Part shown: piece after piece, positions 55,859 to 64,000 of the stretch
How the letters are laid out: each line of letters starts with the position of its first letter
How positions within the stretch are numbered: position 1 is the first letter of the stretch
Assembly (NCBI GenBank): GCA_951406725.2
Contig: OX597814.1
Span: 104,284,001 to 104,348,000, forward strand
From: Octopus vulgaris
Taxonomy: Eukaryota
Length of the DNA stretch: 64,000 nt
Direction: 5' to 3'
Made by a program: the position numbers and the translations under genes
Notes under the pieces: generated by a model
What the model was told of the DNA's origin: nothing
Database searches by the model: none
The model's input: the letters and a program-made list of their open reading frames with translations, nothing else

Positions 55859-55879
55859 CTCTTTCCGCAAACATATGTA

Positions 55880-55932
<53 letters not shown>

Positions 55933-56383
55933 ATATACACATACACACTCACACATATGCATTTACAGCACTTCATACATTTGCGAAGGTCAGTGGCATG
56001 CATTTTGATAAGCAGGACAAAGATGTGTAATTTAAATGTCATACAAGATAATTTCTTGATTTCGCGAAATTATCCTCGCTTCGAGAGAAAGGTAAACAAG
56101 CAAGGAGCGGCCACCTAGTCTGAATGAGAAAGGGAGATAATCTCTGGCAATCTCACATTCTCTGGCAATCTCACATTCTCTGGCATAAACATGACATTAA
56201 GGAAAAAGGAAGTCTTTTTTTTTTCTATAGGAGAGATGAAAACAGCTGTGAACACGTGTTTACGATTCAATGACCGCCATCAGGAAAGCATTGCTCTTCT
56301 TCCCTTCTTTCCTGAGCGTCCAATAATACTTTATTTGTTCCACGTCCTTGCGTTGTTGTGTTTTTTTGTTTTTTTGTTTGGAT

Positions 56384-56425
<42 letters not shown>

Positions 56426-56965
56426 CGTGCATACATACATATGTGTGTGAGTGTGTATGTGTGGCATTGATGTGAAATCCTTAAAAAATATACCACGACG
56501 TCTACACATTTCTCACCTTGAACTTTCAACCTTGAACTTGTTCGCATAAACTGTCCCGTTTGTTGTATTTTTATTTTCTCTTTATTACCACCTTTTTTTT
56601 ACATTCATTTCATGCTTTCCACATTTTCCTGCATTTTTGTTCTCCTTTCCGTCTTTCTTCCCTCTCTGGATGTCCATACTCCGTTTCCTCTGCCTGCACC
56701 CCCTTTTTTTGCCTCCCCCTCTCTCTGCTTCCCTTCTTTCTTTCCCTTTTCCGTTTGCCCCGTCTTTTCTGCCCCTATCGCTTACTTATCTAGTTTTTTC
56801 ATACGATTATTATTTTTTTTTTTATTATTTTTTTGTTTTTTTGAACGTTTGTTTTTTCCCCTTTTTTTCGCTATCCTTTTTTTCTATTTTTTTCATACGA
56901 TAATTTTTTGTTTTTTGTTTTTTTTTTGTTTTTTCGAACGTTTGTTTTTTTTCCGCTATCCCATC

Positions 56966-59850
56966 ATGCCGGATCCTAGGTCCTACCTCCTCACCCTCCA
57001 TCACCGTTTGAAGGATCATCTCCATTCTCTTCCTGTATATTGCCTTCAGCCGTCCGTTAATCTCTCTCTACTTCTTTTTAAAAAACCCGCTTCTCTAGCC
57101 ATGTCTCTTTCCTAAGCCGCTGCCTACATCACCGACTCATCCCTAAAGGTTTCCGCCTCCACTTCCACCCTGCTCTCCACTCGGATTCTTCCATCTTACC
57201 CATACTCCGCACCACATCTTACCGCCTTATGCGGGCCACCATTCGCTCCAATCTCTCTAAACTACATGCCATCAACCGCCTTCTTCCTCCTGCTTTCTCC
57301 ACCTTCTTCTCCTCTCTGCTGCCTCTCTATGCTCCAAACACGCTACGCTTCATTATCCATTTGAATCAACTCTTCCATCAATTTCTTTCTGATACCAAAC
57401 TTCGTAAACTCCAATCACTCTTCCATTCCACCCTACCCGACGCCACTACCCCAACTCCTCCACCACCCTTCTCCCCTCCCGATAGGCTCCATCCACCCAC
57501 ACCTAACCCCACTGCCCCTCCCTACAACCCCTTCTCCCCTCCCGATAGGCTCCATCCACCTACACCTAACCCTACTGCCCCCCAACCACCCCCCACACAC
57601 CTCCCCAATCCCTCCCCCTCAGACCTCCACGAGACCTACCACCCCTCCTACTTCTATTCCACCCACCCCTTCTCCACTTCCGTCTGTTGTTACCATTCCC
57701 CCTGATCTTCCCCTCTCTGCGGCTGAACGCTCCGTCCTTGATAGGGGTCTGCGTTTCATCCCCCTCACTCCATCCTGTAAGGAATTCCAGACGCGAGTTG
57801 ATGTCCACAGCTTTGTGCGCCGTGTCCGGTTGGGTGCACATTACCACGACTCGCCACCCACACCAACGAAGAGGACTGCTTCACTGGCCTGGGCCGCCGA
57901 CCATCCCCGTGGACGCCTGCCCCTGGCCAGTTCCTAGCAGTGGAATTTTTCGCGGGCGCTTGTCAGCGTGCATTGGAGCGGTTCAACTTCTCCAGGCGCC
58001 AACGCCGCCTCAACATCTCCCCGGCTGAGCTCTCGGCTCTTCGTTCCCTCCAACGGCGCGCTGACATTATCATCAAACCGGCTGACAAGGGTGGAGCTGT
58101 AGTGGTGTGGCGCGCGGACCTCTATAGGGCCGAGGCTTTCCGCCAACTCAATGACACCTCCTTCTATTCCCCTCTGCACTCTAAACCCACACGTAGCTAC
58201 CAACAGACGGTATCCTCTACTGTCCACGACCTCATCTCGTCCTCCCGTCTCCCCCGCACCGCATCCAACCTAATTGTGCGAACCCCACATACCCCCACCA
58301 TTTACTTCCTCCCCAAAATCCACAAACCCAACAACCCTGGCCGCCCCATCGTCTCCGCCTGTAACTGCCCCACGGAGCTCATCTCTAAATACCTCGACCG
58401 TGTCCTTGCCCCCCTAGTGGCATCTCTTCCCTCCCACATCCACGATACCAACCATGCTCTCCGGATTTCAACTCTTTCTCCTTTCCTCCCGGCTCCTCCA
58501 AAATCCTTTTTACTATGGACATCCAAAGCCTCTATACTGTTATCCCTCACCACGAAGGACTGCAGGCCCTTCGACACTTTCTTGACCTCCGCTCTAACCC
58601 TGTACCTGACACCTCCACACTCATTCGTCTGGCCGAACTTGTCCTTACTCTGAACTGCTTCTCGTTCGCGGGCGAGTTCTACCATCAGGTCTCGGGAGTG
58701 GCCATGGGAACGCGAATGGGCCCCAACTATGCGAACCTGTTCGTTGGCTATGTTGAGGCCCAAATATTCTCTAATTTCACTGGTCCCACTCCTGAACTAT
58801 ATGGTCGTTACATTGACGACATTATCGGTGCCACCTCACTCTCCCGTGAACATCTAGATTCCTTCCTCTCTTTCGTCCAATCTTTCCATCCAGCCCTCCA
58901 CTTCACTTCCACTATCTCCAACACCTCTGTCTCCTTCCTCGACATTTCGGTTAGCATTCTTCACTCCACTCTTACCACCTCCATTCACTACAAACACACA
59001 GACTCACACTCATACCTCAACTTCTCTTCCTCCCACCCAGAACACACCAAGCTTTCCATCCCCTATTCCCAATTCCTCCGTCTACGTAGGCTCTGTAGTG
59101 ACGACCATGACTTTGAGACTCAGTCTCAACGTATGGCTCACCACTTCACCCTACGTGGATACCCCCTCACCACTATCCACACCGCCCTTGCCAGAGCACG
59201 GTCCGTGGACCGTGTATCTGCTCTCTCTCCCCGAACCCGCCCTGTAGTCTCCCGCCTCCCTTTCCCCCTCACTTACCACCCCACGACCCTACGTCTCCAA
59301 CGCACCATTCTTCGAGCTTTCCGTCATCTCCAGTCCGACCCGTCCACTTCACACCTCTTCCCTAACCGACCCCTCCCCTCTTTCAAACGAGCCCACAACC
59401 TTCGAGACCTTTTGGTCCATAGCTCCTTCCCTGACCCTACCTCCCAACCCGGCTCGTTCCCCTGCTCCCGCCCACGTTGCCGCACTTGCCCTTACCTCTC
59501 CAACACCACCCGCCTCACTAGCACCCACCATCGACCCTATCCCATCATCCACTCCTTCACCTGCACCTCCAGCAATATTATCTATTGCGTCTCTTGCTCT
59601 CTCTGCAATTCCTTGTACATCGGACAAACGGGACGCCGCTTGGCTGACCGGTTCGCGGAACACCTTCGTGACATCCACCTTGCGAACGACACACCGGTCT
59701 CACGCCATTTCCGCTCCACCGGTCACTCCTTGCAACACCTATCTGTGTTCGGTTTGTCCTTACACAGAGGCCATCCGGATTCCCGTTTGCGCCGTGAACA
59801 GGAATTAATCTTCTCTCTTCGCTCTTATACGCCATTTGGTCTCAAATCTC
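56966..59850 (+). pseudogene. Neptune-like PLE ORF (N-terminal domain, RT, GIY-YIG) with several frameshifts
   Basis: HVSFLSRCL..RLIPKGF, IKPADKGGAVV, LPKIHKPNNPGRPIVS, GVAMG, RYIDD, CSRPRCRTC, IIYCVSCSLC..YIGQTGR, REQ..I..L..YTPFGL. Confidence 0.92.
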
Positions 59851-60684
59851 CCCCCTCCTCATCTAACCCCCCTCTCCCCACTCCTCACCTATCCTTCCCC
59901 CGACCCCTACTTCTTCAGTCCTTCATCCTTTCACCCCTACTCCCCTTCCCTTCTTCCCCCTCCCTCCTTCCCTCTTCCCCTTCCCTCTGCTCCCTCACTC
60001 CCCTTCTCTCTCCCCCTCCCCCTCTTTCCTCCTTCCTCCCCTTCCGTCTCCCCCTCTCCTCCCCCTCTCCTCTCCCCCCTCTCCTCTCCCCCTCTCCTTC
60101 CCCTCTCCTTCTCCCCCTCTTCTCCCCTCCCCCTCTTCTCCTCACTACACCACACGACTTTACACATCACATCATATATGATGTGCCATACTAATACATA
60201 CACCAACTAATACATACTAATACGTACTAATACATACTAATACATACTAATACATACACCAACCCTATACATACACACGTCCAGACCCCTCATACGCACT
60301 TATACTCTCTCATACACACACACACACTTATACATACTAATACGTACTAATACATACTAATACATACACCAACCCCATACATACACCTGTCCAGACCTAT
60401 CCTACGCACTAATACTCTCTCATACACACACACACACACACACACACCCTTATACATACTAATACATACACCAACCCTATACATACACACGTCCAGACCC
60501 CTCCTACGCACTAATAGGTGGTCATTCAACCCTGTTATCAACCCTATTATCTCCCCTTATTTCGCTCTCGCGTCTCATGTTTGATCTTTGACTTCTGGCC
60601 GAAATCAGATCGCCATGTTGATTCGTTAGTTACTGCACGCATTTTTTTCTCTCCTTCTTTCTGTGTTTTTTTTCTCTCTGTGTA

Positions 60685-60722
60685 TCTTTCTGTTGAAGAG
60701 CGTAGGCTCGAAACGTTAAAGA
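60685..60722 (+). ncRNA. Minimal hammerhead-like motif with variant core (CUGUUGA)
   Basis: UCUUU-CUGUUGA-A-GAGCguagGCUC-GAAA-CG-UU-AAAGA: stems I and II perfect, palindromic stem III. Confidence 0.7.
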
Positions 60723-60818
60723 CTTGTTTTATTTATATTTCCTGAGCGCCATACTAATACAATTGTTTGTTTGTTTTCCACCTGCCTTCGTCTTTTGTCT
60801 ATTTTCATAAAGCTTCCC

Positions 60819-60884
<66 letters not shown>

Positions 60885-60890
60885 ATAATG

Positions 60891-61165
60891 CGGAGGCGCA
60901 ATGGCCCAGTGGTTAGGGCAGCAGACTCGCGGTCGTAGGATCGCGGTTTCGATTCCTAGACCGGGCCTTGTGTGTGTTTATTGAGTGAAAACACCTAAAG
61001 CTCCACAATCTCTGGTGGCGATCTCTGCTGTACTCTTTCGCCACACTTTCTTCTGTTGGCCCGCTCGCTTAGCCAGCGGGGTGGCGTCATTTGAAGGCTA
61101 AAACAATGCGAAGCGCATTGTGACCAGCGATGTGTAGCAACATCTGGTCGGTCACGGTGATCACA
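60891..61165 (+). mobile_element. SINE family C
   Basis: tRNA-like head and a probable TSD ATAATGC. Confidence 0.88.
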
Positions 61166-61364
61166 ATAATGCTTATATTCAAACTCTCACACACACGCAC
61201 ACACGCACATATGGATTCATAGAATCGTGAGGCTATCACATAAAACCCCTCTGACGGACTCGGCTAACAGACCACAAAGTAATCCAATGTAGAAGAGTAT
61301 GGTGCAGAGTGTCCATGCAACTAAAATCCAGGAGATCCAATCAATGAAGTTATTTCACGAGGAG

Positions 61365-61748
61365 TTTATAAACCACAAAAAGTCAGGAAATATGAGAGGT
61401 GAATACATTTATTTAATCACATGTCACCCCTAGGATTACAGCCGTTCCGCTGCCTGCTTCAAGTAATAATTATTTCAGGGTATAATAAATTATGCTTACA
61501 TGTCTGCATTAAAGTGAAAGCTACGCATTATACAATATATAATAGTGTATCCACAAATCAATGCAGATAAAGAAAGCTGGCTCATTAGATCATGAGAACA
61601 TCATGTTTACACCAATGATTAAACTTTCAACTATGCACTGAAATTATTATTACATGACGAAGGCTGCGAAACGGCTATAATCCTAAGGATGACAACTGGT
61701 TAAATAAATGCATTCACCTCCTATACCTCTTGAAGTTTTATGGTTTAC
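61365..61748. mobile_element. Old fold-back with decayed hammerhead motifs in its inverted arms
   Basis: 61365-61480 pairs with 61638-61748. The right arm reads AUGACGAAGGCugcGAAACGGCUAUA. Confidence 0.55.
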
Positions 61749-61979
61749 GCACACACACACACACGCGCGCGCGCGCGCGCACACACACACATACATATAA
61801 TAATAATTTTTATTATGAATTTTATATTTGTATTCTTATCTTATATGTATTGAATTAAAATGTATATATGTATGCTATTAAGGTTCTCATTTTTGTTAAA
61901 TGAATAAATAAGTCAACATTCTAATATTCGAAAGCTGATGAACCAACTAAGTTGTTTCTCCATTTTCTTATTTGTATAT

Positions 61980-62177
61980 ATATATAGACAAAGTATAAAA
62001 ATAGTCATTACATATTCTTGTAGTAAATTCGACTTACAACTGTTTCTGATAGTCATAGATTCGTTCATTGAATAAAACAATGAACGAACCTATAATGAGA
62101 ATCGGAAACAACTGTAAGTCATTATCAATAATAAAGGCATAAATAATGACTATTATTTATGACTTGTCTTGTATATC
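61980..62177. repeat. Imperfect palindrome carrying GAAACARYUGUAAG on both arms
   Basis: gacttacaactgtttc...ttcgttcattg / caatgaacgaa...gaaacaactgtaagtc. Confidence 0.7.
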
Positions 62178-62691
62178 ACTCTGTGCGGAAGACCAGCGTC
62201 ACTAGGAATACATTCGATATAGAATGGTGATGACTTATAGCCTTGGACCATGCCACAAGAATGCGTGGAGTTCTTTACTAATCTAAAAAGAATTTGTTAG
62301 CCTGGTGTATTAACAGAGAGTGTGTGTTGAAAATATATTTGCACAATTACTTGCATCTAAACAAGTATACATACATACATGCATGCTTACATGCATGCAT
62401 ATCTACATACAGATAGACATATACAAATGCGCAGTTATGTATTTATCTGTGTGTCTATATACATACATTGAAAGCTGTTTTGTTTAATTGCTTCAAGCCA
62501 ATGATATTTAATTTAATTGCTAAATTCTGCTTGAAAATGTCAAACTCAACAGCGGATAGATTTGTCTATTCTTAGGGATTTCATGCTGCCAATTACTTGG
62601 GCTGTTGGAATCATGGCTACATGCAGTCAGGACGCATGCATAGACTTCTGTGGAATTCTTATCAATATCTCCTGGTTGACATGATAGAAGT

Positions 62692-62755
<64 letters not shown>

Positions 62756-62909
62756 GCTGCTGCTGCCGCTGCTGCCGCTGCTGCTCTAAAATGGTTTCGC
62801 CAGAAGTGAATGGGCTTTATTTCCATGTTGTTCATTGCAGATGTTTCATTCCTGTAGAGTTGTATAGCGTAGTAAGAGATATCCCGTTGTTCTGCTATGT
62901 TATGTAGTG

Positions 62910-63175
62910 GTGGAGGCACATGGCCGAGTGGTTAGAGCAGCGGACTCGCGGTCGAGGGATCGGGGGTTCGAATCTCAGACCGGGCGATGTGTGTGTTTAT
63001 GAGCGAAACACCTAAGCTCCACGCGGTTCCAGCAGAAGGTAATGGCGAACTTCTGCTGACTCTTTCGCCACAACTTTCTCTCACTCTTTCCTCCAGCTTC
63101 TTGCAGCTCACCTGCGACGAACCTATACGCCCATGAAACCGGGAAACCGGCCCTTATGAACGAGAAGGAACAAAC
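62910..63175 (+). mobile_element. SINE family C variant with a different 3' tail
   Basis: 13-bp TSD ATGTTATGTAGTG (62897-62909 and 63176-63188), with A and B boxes. Confidence 0.9.
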
Positions 63176-64000
63176 ATGTTATGTAGTGTGGGGTGATGTT
63201 GTGTATGGTGCTGTAGCATAGTGGAAGATATGCATCATAGTGAGGGTAGAGTGGAATGTGTATGATGTTGTGTTGTTTGAATTAATGTGGGGATATGATC
63301 CAGTGAGCTGTGTGAGAGAAAGACAATGTTCACGAGTTATTCAGAACCACGGAGGCAAGGAGAAAGGAAGAAAGAAGGAAGGAAGGAAGGAGGTAAGGAA
63401 GTCATCCGCCGGCCTTTGACTTGTTTTGACTGTTCGGAAGACAATGGAATCCGCTAAAGACACCAACGGGTCAAGTTTTGGCGTTAAACCGGGTGATTGA
63501 GTCTACTTCCCATGAAAAAGAACAATCCACCCCAGGGGTATTTACACAGTTTTATTCTCCCAAATTTCACTCCCAAAGTTGGGTTAATGCGCTGTTATCA
63601 ACCCTATTAAGGTGCTGCACAGTTGATTCGAACGGGAAATCACGTTTTGGTTTTGGGAAATTCTGTTTTTGTTATTTGTTATTTTTGTATGGCTGACTCA
63701 GAGGAAGAAAAGAAAGAAAAACAAAAACAAAACTTGAAGGAAATAAACACCACGTGATCAAAAAGAAGAAAAGACATCCTTTGCGTAAATCTTTAGTGAT
63801 ATTGTAGCTGGGAGTATAATGCTCAGACCTAATCTAATCCAGATGCTGGAAACAAGGTTAATGTCTAAAGTAACTACGCGAAATACGACTCTCCCAAATA
63901 TTCCTAAAGATATGTTCTAATAACTGGTCTTTGAACGCGATTCACCAGGAACCTCACTTCCATTGATTAATGTACACATTCGTTGATTAACAAACTAAAC

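Larger units (their letters stand above)
56480..60820 (+). mobile_element. Near full-length Neptune-like PLE between (TA)n arrays
   Basis: Frameshifted ORF, CT-rich tract, tandem about 120-bp repeats (60190-60515), and a pseudo-LTR with a hammerhead ending at (TA)n. The 5' boundary is approximate. Confidence 0.88.

Noticed and set aside
59850-60194. Pro/Ser/Leu-rich tail of the 559-aa ORF
   Set aside because: Read-through into the CT-rich tract after an apparent frameshift at the natural PFGL(N) end.

Overview
Repeat-dominated, AT-rich animal genomic DNA. The tRNA-derived SINEs and the very high microsatellite load resemble octopus/cephalopod DNA; this is my inference and was not verified. 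Only one host gene is supported: the first three coding exons of a nucleostemin/GNL3-family GTPase on the minus strand (4789->689), which continues off the left edge. The rest consists of microsatellites and transposons. These include Penelope-like elements (PLEs) of three apparent lineages (Penelope/Poseidon-like, Naiad-like, Neptune-like), a young Tx1-clade LINE inside a (CTAT)n array, R4/Dong-like and RTE fragments, and several tRNA-SINE families. Also present are a Helitron, a Helentron-type HINE carrying a Gypsy integrase fragment, MITEs (one with internal TTAGGG repeats) and a solo LTR. The most striking recurring pattern is a set of short fold-back elements whose inverted arms carry outward-pointing minimal hammerhead-ribozyme motifs. 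One of them has a tRNA-like cassette just upstream of the ribozyme. Most ORFs in the supplied track are microsatellite artefacts. Repeat boundaries were read by eye and may be off by some bases.
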